From positions 1 to 30,012 of the IMG/VR virus record IMGVR_UViG_3300008110_000276: a DNA stretch of 30,012 nucleotides. The stretch is one strand, 5' to 3'. A program made the translations under genes and the position numbers. Source of the DNA: a virus. Its lineage: Duplodnaviria; Caudoviricetes. Below the pieces are notes generated by a model. The model made no database searches, was not told the origin of the DNA, and saw only the letters and a list, made by a program, of their open reading frames with translations. Positions 1-8,928 of this stretch are shown piece after piece. Numbering within the stretch: the first letter of the stretch is position 1; every line of letters starts with the position of its first letter.

Positions 1-112
1 AGATAATTCTACGTCGGTTATTGTTTGATTCCGAGATTAAAGTGGTGAGAGAACCCATCCCACTACGTGTGATACTACTATTCGCATTGCAATCAAATGC
101 CATCACATCCCC
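1..112 (-). ncRNA. ssrA: tmRNA, 5' portion (3' part runs off the window edge)
   Basis: The - strand from 112 reads GGGGATGTGATGGCATTTGATTGCAATGCGAATAGTAGTATCACACGTAGTGGGATGGGTTCTCTCACCACTTTAATCTCGGAATCAAACAATAACC|GAC GTA GAA TTA TCT. It shows the GGGG-A-TG acceptor start, a GG...TTTGA D-loop-like segment, a pk1 pseudoknot (AGTGG/CCACT crossed by GGTTCT/GGAATC) and an A-rich ATAACC|G resume context at the expected distance. The 3' acceptor strand and CCA are not visible. Confidence 0.85.
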
Positions 113-118
113 ATTATT

Positions 119-127
119 TATAAATAC
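119..127 (-). promoter_or_regulatory. RTATTTATW motif (putative phage late promoter), copy before tmRNA
   Basis: GTATTTATA on the - strand, part of the palindrome TATTTATAAATA (115-126), 6 nt before the tmRNA. Confidence 0.5.
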
Positions 128-158
128 AAATATACGAAAAAATAATTAAACTTCCAAA
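127..158 (-). promoter_or_regulatory. Bacteroidota housekeeping-sigma promoter (-33 TTTG / -7 TAnnTTTG) upstream of the tmRNA
   Basis: The - strand has TTTG at 158-155, a 20-nt spacer and TATATTTG at 134-127, matching the Bacteroides consensus TTTG-N19-21-TAnnTTTG. It lies 14 nt before the tmRNA 5' G. Confidence 0.7.
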
Positions 159-517
159 TCATTTTTTTGCTTAAACTGTAATAAGTTTGGAAGATACAAT
201 TGAAGTTTTGGTATTTTTGGAGCCAATAAACGTATTGCTTTAAAATTAGAATCCTTTATTTGCTCATCAGTACCAATCAATCTCCAATTTAAATTTACAT
301 GTGTATAAAATGGATTATCTATAAATTTACTAAACCCTATATAATCCACTTCATATATAGTTGATTCAGTATCGTTTGCTTTTTGTATAAAATATCTTGT
401 TATATATCCTCTTTTATAATCCGTTTGAGTTGGTGTTGCCACATGAGTTTTTATCTTTATACTATTATAAAGTACATCAGGACTATTTATTTTTTTATAT
501 CGATTAATATCTAACAT
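146..517 (-). CDS. hypothetical phage protein (123 aa)
   Basis: Co-oriented ORF coupled to the upstream gene through TAA-T-ATG. No recognised motif. Confidence 0.75.
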   Translation of the reverse strand: MLDINRYKKINSPDVLYNSIKIKTHVATPTQTDYKRGYITRYFIQKANDTESTIYEVDYIGFSKFIDNPFYTHVNLNWRLIGTDEQIKDSNFKAIRLLAPKIPKLQLYLPNLLQFKQKNDLEV

Positions 518-518
518 A

Positions 519-2801
519 TTATCTTGATTGTCTAAAGCTTCCTTCTACATCAGTTTTCCATAACATATCGGTTATAGTATGTTTAACTGATGTTACTTGG
601 AAAAACCCTGTTGTTTCGTAATTTTTAGGTAACCCCAACACTTTGAACTTATCACCTCTTTTAATACCACTTAACCCATGTATTGTAAATGTAAATTTAA
701 TTGGCATAATAGGACCAACCCCACCCGGTTCAGTTTGTACTGCCGTTTTATCGTTTTGATTTTTGAAAAATTCAAAAACTGCTTGGTCATTGTATGCGAC
801 CGTAAATGTACTTACCTTCAAGTCTGCCTCAAATGGATATTTATCATCAAAATGCGGTCTGGGCATCAATCCAACTTTATCCAAAAACAATTGTAAGTTT
901 TTGATTTTTGCTTCCTCAAGTTCCTCATCAGTAGGACCTTCAGGTGGTGTAGCATCTTTTGGTGGTGGTGGTTCTTCTCTCCTTCTTACTTCTTTTAAAA
1001 TCTGGTCCTCTTTATTAGTAAATAATCCTACTTTATCTTTTGATTTAACATCCTTTTGACTCCCATTGATTGTCTGTCCTAATCTATTTCCAATTATCTG
1101 ATTCATTTTTGCACCACTAATATCCATATCCAATGATGCATCTATAAAAATAGAATTAACCCCAGCTAATACGAATTGATATGGTTCTTGTGGACCTGTT
1201 GGTGTTAAATTCATATCAACAACTCTTAATTCAGTATCATTTTCATCAGACATTATTTGGAAATCCCATAAACCACCTGCGGCTGCTGACATTCCATTTA
1301 ATATTTGATATAATGCATTTCTCATAGAAAAGTTTTTGGTCTCTAATATTCCCTTTGCAAAATCTAAATTCACATAAAGGTCATCTAAAAATCCCCATTG
1401 GCCATTCTTTTTATTCAATGCTTCAAATGTACCATCTACTTTAGGACTAACAATAACTCTACCACCAGCAACACCATTTGCTATTTCTCCTGCCGCTGGG
1501 AACATGATTGGTCGAGCGGAATCATTTACATTAACCACAGAACAATCATCAATTGCTTTATCACTTACACCATTATCGGTTGGGCTATTTGCTGCTTTAA
1601 CTAAATCAAATAAAGGAGCGGTTTTATTTGGTATAAATAATTTTTTCTTATCAGTACTAAATATTTTTGGAAATGCACAACAAACTGTGGTTTTTGTATT
1701 TATTTGTGTTTTTACAATGTTTCCCCCAATCATAAACCCCTCAATACCAATTTGGTTAAGTATTTCCATCAATGTACCAAAACGTATATAAGATTCATCC
1801 TTTATAATTTCCGTTCCTGATGGGAATTCTTGAGTCACTCCACCTACATTTGCTTCTTCATCATTTAACGATATTCCAAACAATTCAGTTCCACCCACAC
1901 ATTCATTTACTTTTGCTTTTACAGTTTCATCAACATTTATAAAATTAGAAGGATTTGCTACCAATGGGTTTACTATTAAAGATGATACTCTAGTAGTTCT
2001 TCTATTTGATGGCAATCTATTAAAAGCCATCATAAATCTTTTTTTACCCAAATTGGTTTCACCAGATATTTGTGAAGTACTATATTCCGGTTCTGTTATT
2101 TTTTCGTCATTTTCTGAATCTTCTGAATTATCGGCTCCCATAAAATAAGCAGGTAATTCGGTAAATCCCGTACACTTAACACTTATCTCATAAGTATCTG
2201 CGGTAGATGAAATACCACCTCCAGTTATAAATCCTAAATAGTTATCATAAGTACCATTTGAGTTTGCCCTTGCAGCATTTACATTTTTAAAACTTTGAAA
2301 ATTTGCTACTGTACCAGCACCTAATGTGGGACTATATGAATTTAACGATTCAGGTACATTCCAACCCCATTCCAAAAAAATAGAATATCCAGGTTCTAAA
2401 AAATATTCACACAAAGTATCTAATTGTCCTTTGGTGTAGCATGTTATAGTGAACGATGCTTTTCTACTTAACGTACCAGCCCCTTCATCGATTTCAATAG
2501 ATGTAATATTTGGTTTAGGCCTAAATCCAGAATCATTTGTTTCCGCATAAACTGGGCCCCCTCCCCAGGTAGTTCCTAATGTACCACTGGATGTACCATT
2601 TCCGTATATAGACCCATTTTCACCAGCTGCTTTAAATAATCCAAAATTAGGATTAGACAACAACATAAGCCCTCCGCCAACACCAGAGGATACTCTAACC
2701 CAAGCATTTAATTGCGATATGTTTTGAATATTACCAATTCTGTTATCTAATGCCTTTTTTACATACCCCGCTAAATTTGATAAATTAGGAAAACTTGACA
2801 T
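519..2801 (-). CDS. putative baseplate hub protein (gp27/Mu gp44/late control D-like), 760 aa
   Basis: It follows the tube-initiator and LysM genes. The C-terminus FTIHGLSGIKRGDKFKV...FFQVTSVKHTI...WKTDVEG resembles the hub-family terminal barrel. Confidence 0.6.
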   Translation of the reverse strand: MSSFPNLSNLAGYVKKALDNRIGNIQNISQLNAWVRVSSGVGGGLMLLSNPNFGLFKAAGENGSIYGNGTSSGTLGTTWGGGPVYAETNDSGFRPKPNITSIEIDEGAGTLSRKASFTITCYTKGQLDTLCEYFLEPGYSIFLEWGWNVPESLNSYSPTLGAGTVANFQSFKNVNAARANSNGTYDNYLGFITGGGISSTADTYEISVKCTGFTELPAYFMGADNSEDSENDEKITEPEYSTSQISGETNLGKKRFMMAFNRLPSNRRTTRVSSLIVNPLVANPSNFINVDETVKAKVNECVGGTELFGISLNDEEANVGGVTQEFPSGTEIIKDESYIRFGTLMEILNQIGIEGFMIGGNIVKTQINTKTTVCCAFPKIFSTDKKKLFIPNKTAPLFDLVKAANSPTDNGVSDKAIDDCSVVNVNDSARPIMFPAAGEIANGVAGGRVIVSPKVDGTFEALNKKNGQWGFLDDLYVNLDFAKGILETKNFSMRNALYQILNGMSAAAGGLWDFQIMSDENDTELRVVDMNLTPTGPQEPYQFVLAGVNSIFIDASLDMDISGAKMNQIIGNRLGQTINGSQKDVKSKDKVGLFTNKEDQILKEVRRREEPPPPKDATPPEGPTDEELEEAKIKNLQLFLDKVGLMPRPHFDDKYPFEADLKVSTFTVAYNDQAVFEFFKNQNDKTAVQTEPGGVGPIMPIKFTFTIHGLSGIKRGDKFKVLGLPKNYETTGFFQVTSVKHTITDMLWKTDVEGSFRQSR

Positions 2802-2804
2802 AAA

Positions 2805-3092
2805 TTATTTTATAAAATTACTGTTTATTTGAATGTAGTTTAATGGTATTCTTAATATAGTACCATCTTGCAATCCCATTGGTGCATCATGTATATTATT
2901 CGCCGCAGCGATTATCCACCACAATGATGAATCTTCGTAATATTGAAATGCCAATGTATCCAGTCTGTCACCAGTTTCGGTCATTACATAAACATCCGTA
3001 TCCTTTAATGGAATATTTGGGTATATTCTTGTTCTATATACTTCTCTGCCATCAAAAGTTTTTTTAGTAGGATTATTTCTATATCTGCTCAT
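2805..3092 (-). CDS. LysM-like baseplate protein (P2 gpX/T4 gp53-like), 95 aa
   Basis: Motif GDRLDTLAFQYYEDSSLWWIIAAANNI...G..LRIP, plus its position in the baseplate module. Confidence 0.85.
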   Translation of the reverse strand: MSRYRNNPTKKTFDGREVYRTRIYPNIPLKDTDVYVMTETGDRLDTLAFQYYEDSSLWWIIAAANNIHDAPMGLQDGTILRIPLNYIQINSNFIK

Positions 3093-3103
3093 AAGTTATA
3101 TAT

Positions 3104-5638
3104 TTAAAATTGCCCTTCGTTAGTTATATTACCAAAGGCATCAAATTGAGGACCGCTTACAAACTTTCTAGAAAATTTACCTTCGTTAGTTATATTACCA
3201 AAGGCATCAAATTGAGGTCCTGTATCTTTCTTCGTAAAACTAGAGATTGCGGATTTATTTCCGTCCGTTTCTTTATTAGCTTCTTTATTATTTAAAGTTT
3301 TTAAATTACCTTGTTTAAGAGTTTCGGATGATTCAACTTTGGTTGAATCTGCTGATATGTTAGAATCGCCTGCTTTTTGTGCGTTAGTTGATGTAGTTGG
3401 TTTATCATTCATTGGTGGAACTGAATTATTTGCCCCCAATCTAGAAAATCCATAAAACTTTTTAGCATCGGTTGTACCTTTTGCTTCCAATATTTTTAAA
3501 GTAATGGAAACATCTACAACCATTGGTAATTTGTAATCTTTCATCGAAACATCTTTACCATTAACCTTTACCTTTTCGGATACTCCAATAGAACCAATTT
3601 CCCAACCACCATTATCATCTACAGCGTATGATAGAGATTCAATATAAGTAGCTCTACGTTTATATAAACTACCCAATGTGAATTCTACAAATGGAGGAAC
3701 TGCGTATGGACCGGAGTAACCCTGTGGGTATGTTAATCCAGTTAAAAAGTTTAATCGTTGCCAACATGCTATGTGTTGTGTAGGTGTTGTTGAATATACT
3801 TTAAAATTAAAACTTACACTTCTTTCTATACTTGAATATGTGTAATAATTAAAAGGAGAACCTATAAACTTTGCACTATCCCATGATGGTGATATTGTTT
3901 CCGATATACCACTTACAGTTGCTCTAAAACTTACAACCTCTCCTGTATGAATTGATTTGAATTTAAGAATTATAAAATCATGGTCATCTAATAGTGTACC
4001 ATCTCTTAATTGGAGAGGGTCAGATGTGTATACTGTTTTTTCATTTAAGAAATCCAACTTATCTGAACTATCTATGCCATATTTTGTTTTTAAAGATACT
4101 GCCTTTTTACCGGTTTTACTATTTTTCTCCGTTGAATACATATTTTTTGTCACATCGGACCTGGACAATCCAGAAATAGTACCACCGGTCGAAGTAACCG
4201 CACTGCTTGCTTGTACTAATGCTTGTAATTTTGTTGATAAATCATTTCTTAATTTTACATCATCTTGTGTTTCATCTACAGTATTAGAATATACAATTTT
4301 ACCCCCAGCAGTATCCGCTGTCTCACCAATTTTTTTACCAGCTGCAATAGATTGTTGCCCTAATTTTCTACCAGATTCTAATCCGGGTTTTGTTTCAGTA
4401 TCTGCCGATTTAACTTTATCGGCGGATTTTGCAAATGGGTTTTGTTTTACATTTAAAGCGCCTACATTACCTTTTATTGCATCAATTTGCTTTTTATTAT
4501 CAGGATTTTGAGTTTCTTTTTGTACTTTTGATAGAAGTATAGTGGAAAGGTCATTTCTTAACTTTGCATCATCCTGTGTTTCATCAACAGTATCGGAATA
4601 TCTAATTATTGAATCTGCTCCAGTTGATGACCCGCCATCTTTAGTATCACCAACTTTTTTACCAGCTGATAATTGTTGTTGTCCTACTTTTTTTGCTTGC
4701 GATAATTTTTGTTCACTTTCTTTTTTAATATCACCAATTTTTTCACCTAACTTAGCAAATGGATTTTTTGAAGTAGTTATAGATTTTCCTTTAGGAACTA
4801 ATTCATCTACTCTTTTTTTAACAGCTGGGTCAGCATTTTCTTTTGTACCTTGTGCAACTAATATAGATGAAAGGTCATTTCTTTTGAAATAATCCTCATC
4901 AATTGGATTAATCGTATCTGAATATCTCGCCGTGCTATCATATTGAACATCATTTTCACCTTTTTTCGCAAGGTTTTGTGCACCTTGCTTTGGTGCTCCA
5001 AATAGTTTTTTCTTAACTTCACCTTTTAGTAAATTAATACCACCACCTAATATTTGGTTACCTATTTGTTTTGGAGTTCCTTTTGCATTTTGAGCTAAAA
5101 ACTTTCCAGCTAAATTACCAGCACCATCTCCTTTAATTTTAGCAAGTGTAACCATAGTATCCGGTTCTTTACCTGCTTTAAATTCTTTATTTAAAAATAT
5201 ACGGGTTGGTATTAGTTTTTGTGGAAGTTGTACACCTATTTTATTTAATAATTCTAATCCTTTTTCTTTTCCTTTTTCAAATGCGTTTCCTAAAAGACCA
5301 CTATCTGATGAATTGTTTGGATTAACCGAATCTTTCATTACAGAAACCATTTCGGTTTTTTGTGTACTTAATTTAAAAATATCAGTACCATATATAATAG
5401 GTCCTGCTAACTTAGATATAATTCTTAACCCAGTTACTTCTTCTTCAATTCTTGTTTCTTTTGTTCTTGATGATAAATTTCTTCTTAGTATTTGGGCCCC
5501 TTTAAATGGCAAATTCATAGCACCAGTAGATGAACGTAATTCTATATCTTTACTATTACGAATTTCGTACTTTTCAGCAGCTGTTTGACCATCTACTAAT
5601 TGTTTTGTTTTAAATAAATCTATTAATGCTTTTCCCAT
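3104..5638 (-). CDS. putative tail-tube initiator/baseplate protein with long repetitive N-terminal extension, 844 aa
   Basis: It lies between the tape measure and LysM genes. The region FRATVSGISETISPSW...ERSVSFNFKVY...PPFVEFTLGSLY...LPMVVDVSITLKIL resembles a tube-fold domain. It has three internal YS(D/N)T...RNDLS repeats. Confidence 0.6.
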   Translation of the reverse strand: MGKALIDLFKTKQLVDGQTAAEKYEIRNSKDIELRSSTGAMNLPFKGAQILRRNLSSRTKETRIEEEVTGLRIISKLAGPIIYGTDIFKLSTQKTEMVSVMKDSVNPNNSSDSGLLGNAFEKGKEKGLELLNKIGVQLPQKLIPTRIFLNKEFKAGKEPDTMVTLAKIKGDGAGNLAGKFLAQNAKGTPKQIGNQILGGGINLLKGEVKKKLFGAPKQGAQNLAKKGENDVQYDSTARYSDTINPIDEDYFKRNDLSSILVAQGTKENADPAVKKRVDELVPKGKSITTSKNPFAKLGEKIGDIKKESEQKLSQAKKVGQQQLSAGKKVGDTKDGGSSTGADSIIRYSDTVDETQDDAKLRNDLSTILLSKVQKETQNPDNKKQIDAIKGNVGALNVKQNPFAKSADKVKSADTETKPGLESGRKLGQQSIAAGKKIGETADTAGGKIVYSNTVDETQDDVKLRNDLSTKLQALVQASSAVTSTGGTISGLSRSDVTKNMYSTEKNSKTGKKAVSLKTKYGIDSSDKLDFLNEKTVYTSDPLQLRDGTLLDDHDFIILKFKSIHTGEVVSFRATVSGISETISPSWDSAKFIGSPFNYYTYSSIERSVSFNFKVYSTTPTQHIACWQRLNFLTGLTYPQGYSGPYAVPPFVEFTLGSLYKRRATYIESLSYAVDDNGGWEIGSIGVSEKVKVNGKDVSMKDYKLPMVVDVSITLKILEAKGTTDAKKFYGFSRLGANNSVPPMNDKPTTSTNAQKAGDSNISADSTKVESSETLKQGNLKTLNNKEANKETDGNKSAISSFTKKDTGPQFDAFGNITNEGKFSRKFVSGPQFDAFGNITNEGQF
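3114..3217. repeat. exact 38-bp direct repeat, 2 copies, 66-bp period (in-frame)
   Basis: ccttcgttagttatattaccaaaggcatcaaattgagg at 3114-3151 and 3180-3217; encodes PQFDAFGNITNEG twice. Confidence 0.95.
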
Positions 5639-5640
5639 CG

Positions 5641-8418
5641 TTATACTTTAGCGTATGAATTCGAACTATTTCTAGCAACTACCTTCCCTATATTAGAAGT
5701 AACTTTTTGACCATCTATATTTACGGCTATTTTACCAGCTATTAAGTCTGCTCGTAATCCTTTTATTTCATCAATTAACTCACCGGTTCTATCACCACCG
5801 CCTTCGGCTCCTTCGGCTCCACCTTCACCCTCACCACCTCCAAATAAACTAGCCCCAATAGCACCTACTGCACCTACTGCTAATAATACAGGAATGGCTG
5901 CCAATCCCATAGTACTTAACAATGCCAATGAACCTGCTAATACAGTAAATGAAGCGGCCATTGCTAAGATTCCGGCTGCTGCTTCTAAATTGAGTAATGG
6001 TAATACATTAACCAATAAATCACTTATACTTCCAACAATCATAACAATACCGGCTGCTATTGATTCTACCACACTACCAATTGCATTTCCAATTGATTCA
6101 ACTAATGGTGCTAATAAACTCAATCCAAACGCAAATAATGTAAAAGCGGCCCCTAATGCCAAAATTACGGCAACTCCCAACCAACCCACAGTTCCGGCAG
6201 TTGCACCAAATGATGCTAATCCTGCTCCTAATGCTATCAATCCTGCCCCAGCTGGTGCTCCTAAAAGTGCAACACCAGCCAATCCAATTACACCCAATGT
6301 CATTAAAGCAAATCCTAATGCAGTTGGTATTAAGGTTAATGCACCAAATAATACTTTTGTAGTACCCATTGCTTCCAAACCTTCAGCAAGATATAATAAT
6401 GCAATTCCAGCATTAGTACCAAATGCACCAATACCCAAAAGTGATGGGATACCAACTACCATAAGAAGTAAACCCAATGCAGTTGGTATTAAGTTCAATG
6501 CACCAAATAATACTTTTGTAGTACCCATTGCTTCCAAACCTTCTGCTAAACTTTTTAAACCATCTCCAGCTTTTTCTCCCGGACCAGATACTTTACCACC
6601 AGCATCATCAGATTGTGTAACTGAATCTGTTATGGATTCTGTGGGATTTGATGGTAAATCAGGTGCACCAGGTTTTTTTCCTCCAAAAAAATCTTTTGCT
6701 TTACCAAAAGTATCTTTTGCAAAATCACCAGCTGTTTTAAAGTTACCTGCTATTTCTGATGTTTGTCCGATTGCACCACTTAATCCACTTACAAACCCAC
6801 CCAAAGGACCTGTTGTTATTGCAGTTAATCCTTCCGTCATCGAATTGAATGCTCCATTTATCTGCCCACCTATTGTTGCTGCTTCTTCCTGTTGGGTAAC
6901 CATTTTTTGTAATTCTTCAACGGAAGTACCTAATAATTCGGCTGTTTTTTTCTTTTGGAAATAATCCATTTTATTAAACGCATCAACACCGCCTAATGCA
7001 TCTAATGTCTCTTGAGTAGCTCCTGCAATATCCCCTTCGTATGCTAATGCTCTTGCTCTATCTAAATTAATATTTTTACCAAGCATTGCACCCAATTCCA
7101 GTTCACTATTAATAGAATTTTCAAAATCTAAAAGGTTATCAGCAACTCCGCTCATGGTTTTTAAACTAACACCCATCTTAGCGGCTTGAACTGCAGCTTG
7201 TTGCATATTCTTTCCTCCATCTTTACCAAATAATGCAAATTCTTCAGCAGATGCGGCCATATCAGCCATTACAGCTGCTGGTACTACTCCAGCTGTTTTT
7301 GCCATTTCCTTAGCTCCATTTGCTAAGTTTTGTGCAGTTTCAATACTATTACCATTTAAACGAGCAAGGTTACCAGTTAATTTTGCGGCCTCAGTTCCAC
7401 TTATACCCATATTAGTGGCCATAAGGTTTGTATTCAATTGGTTCTGGAATGTTACATCATTCAAACCACCCATTTCTTCGGATAATCCTTTAGCAACATC
7501 ATTAGCGGAATCAAATACAGTTCCTAATGCAGTAGCAGATACAGTTGCACCTCCTAAGAAACCACCCATCTCTCTGGTTGTTTTTCCTAGTTTTGTCATA
7601 GCTACTCCAGCTCCCACCAATGTCATTCTAAGCATTCCAGCTGGTCCACTAGCAAATAATTGTGCAGTAGCAATTATACCTTTTAAAGTTTTCTTTATAC
7701 CTTCGTATGCTGCTATTTGCCCTTCTACTATTTCTTTTTGTTCCTTACTTACAGTTGATAATTTTGTGGCTATACTATATCCCTTATCCATCTCATTAAC
7801 CATCTTACCCATCGCCACAAATTGCTCTTTGGTTATAAGGCCGGAATCAAAATCGGCTTCTAATTTAGCTAAAATTTCCTTCTTTTGAGCTTTATACTCC
7901 TCAGATATTGCTTTTTGGCGTTCTACATCTTCAGGTCCTGTTTCTGCTAATTGTTGTTGTAAAGTTGCCATTTTACCAACATCAGATACTCTTTCTTGCA
8001 TATATTCCGCTTGTTCAGCGGTTACCTTTCCTGAATCTAAAAGTGTTGTAAGACTTTGTTTTGAAACCGTTAATGCTCGTGTTTGTTCACTTGTTAAACC
8101 TGAATAAACTTTACTTATTGATTCAATACCAGTAAGAATACTACCAAATTCTTTCTTTGTTTCTCTTGCTATATTGCGTGACCTTTCCTGCTCAGCATTT
8201 TTTTTCTTTTGTGCCTTTTCAGTTATACTAATAGCCTTACCCAACTCTCGCATATCGGCAACCTCTTGTTCGGTAAGTTCAGTACCCTTTTCAAGAAGTT
8301 TATTATACTTCTCTCTGGCTGCTCTTAATTCTTCAATATTCTTAATACTTACCTTCTCTCCGATTGGTTTTGCCTTTTCGGGTTTCTTTGGAGTTGATTC
8401 TTCTTTCTTATCTGCCAT
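5641..8418 (-). CDS. tail tape measure protein, 925 aa
   Basis: Ala/Gly/Leu-rich helical protein with a charged coiled-coil N-terminus, a long hydrophobic C-terminal part and a terminal VNIDGQKV motif. It lies downstream of sheath, tube and chaperone. Confidence 0.85.
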   Translation of the reverse strand: MADKKEESTPKKPEKAKPIGEKVSIKNIEELRAAREKYNKLLEKGTELTEQEVADMRELGKAISITEKAQKKKNAEQERSRNIARETKKEFGSILTGIESISKVYSGLTSEQTRALTVSKQSLTTLLDSGKVTAEQAEYMQERVSDVGKMATLQQQLAETGPEDVERQKAISEEYKAQKKEILAKLEADFDSGLITKEQFVAMGKMVNEMDKGYSIATKLSTVSKEQKEIVEGQIAAYEGIKKTLKGIIATAQLFASGPAGMLRMTLVGAGVAMTKLGKTTREMGGFLGGATVSATALGTVFDSANDVAKGLSEEMGGLNDVTFQNQLNTNLMATNMGISGTEAAKLTGNLARLNGNSIETAQNLANGAKEMAKTAGVVPAAVMADMAASAEEFALFGKDGGKNMQQAAVQAAKMGVSLKTMSGVADNLLDFENSINSELELGAMLGKNINLDRARALAYEGDIAGATQETLDALGGVDAFNKMDYFQKKKTAELLGTSVEELQKMVTQQEEAATIGGQINGAFNSMTEGLTAITTGPLGGFVSGLSGAIGQTSEIAGNFKTAGDFAKDTFGKAKDFFGGKKPGAPDLPSNPTESITDSVTQSDDAGGKVSGPGEKAGDGLKSLAEGLEAMGTTKVLFGALNLIPTALGLLLMVVGIPSLLGIGAFGTNAGIALLYLAEGLEAMGTTKVLFGALTLIPTALGFALMTLGVIGLAGVALLGAPAGAGLIALGAGLASFGATAGTVGWLGVAVILALGAAFTLFAFGLSLLAPLVESIGNAIGSVVESIAAGIVMIVGSISDLLVNVLPLLNLEAAAGILAMAASFTVLAGSLALLSTMGLAAIPVLLAVGAVGAIGASLFGGGEGEGGAEGAEGGGDRTGELIDEIKGLRADLIAGKIAVNIDGQKVTSNIGKVVARNSSNSYAKV
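6338..6543. repeat. exact 47-bp direct repeat in tape measure gene, 159-bp period
   Basis: aatgcaccaaataatacttttgtagtacccattgcttccaaaccttc at 6338-6384 and 6497-6543; encodes EGLEAMGTTKVLFGAL twice. Confidence 0.9.
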
Positions 8419-8445
8419 TTATTCAATAATTTTCTAAAATTAAAC

Positions 8446-8658
8446 TTATTTTAGTTTTTTTATTTTTTCTTCAAATTCTCTAGTCATTTTTTCAATTTCT
8501 TTCATATCATTCACCAAATGAGGTGGGATTCCAGCTTTTTCAGCTTTTTTTATAATAGTGTTTGCTGCACCAGTACTTAACCCATTAAAGAAATTAGATA
8601 CAAATCTATCAGCTAAACTGAATATACCTTCTTTTTTAATTTGTTTGTTATTTTTCAT
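8446..8658 (-). CDS. hypothetical protein (70 aa)
   Basis: Co-oriented ORF that fills the gap, with ATG start, TAA stop and an upstream RTATTTATW motif. Confidence 0.7.
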   Translation of the reverse strand: MKNNKQIKKEGIFSLADRFVSNFFNGLSTGAANTIIKKAEKAGIPPHLVNDMKEIEKMTREFEEKIKKLK

Positions 8659-8677
8659 ATTCGGCGTGTTTATATTC

Positions 8678-8686
8678 TATAAATAT
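8678..8686 (-). promoter_or_regulatory. RTATTTATW motif (putative late promoter)
   Basis: ATATTTATA 19 nt before the ATG at 8658, just after a terminator. Confidence 0.6.
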
Positions 8687-8690
8687 CGGC

Positions 8691-8726
8691 AAATAAAAAA
8701 GTGAGGATATTATCGTATCCTCACCT
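8691..8726 (-). terminator. intrinsic terminator
   Basis: - strand GTGAGGATA-CGATAA-TATCCTCAC followed by TTTTTTATTT. The loop contains the stop codon of the ORF ending at 8710. Confidence 0.85.
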
Positions 8727-8928
8727 TAGATGATTTCATTTTTGCTTGAGCTTTTTTATGTTCTTCTGCTTCTTTTTTCTTTAGTTCTATTAATTTATTA
8801 AAATAAAATTTACGAAGATACGTTGGCATGTAATAAACTTCTGACCAAGTAAATCCATTACCGAATTGAACCATTTCCCAAATTTGAGAATGAAGAATCG
8901 TTTTATAATCAGTTGGAAGGGTAAAAAA
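8710..8928 (-). CDS. tail assembly chaperone extension (T4 gp51/lambda gpT-like), probably reached by a +1 frameshift; alternatively a 54-aa ORF from ATG 8874
   Basis: LHSQIWEMVQFGNGFTWSEVYYMPTYLRKFYFNKL resembles the short helical segment that follows tail chaperones. The frame overlaps the end of the upstream gene at a T7 run, and a terminator sits at its stop. Confidence 0.7.
   Translation of the reverse strand, partial: FFTLPTDYKTILHSQIWEMVQFGNGFTWSEVYYMPTYLRKFYFNKLIELKKKEAEEHKKAQAKMKSSKVRIR

Noticed and set aside
3114-3217. CRISPR mini-array
   Set aside because: Only two repeats, in frame within a CDS, with no clear palindrome, leader or cas gene.
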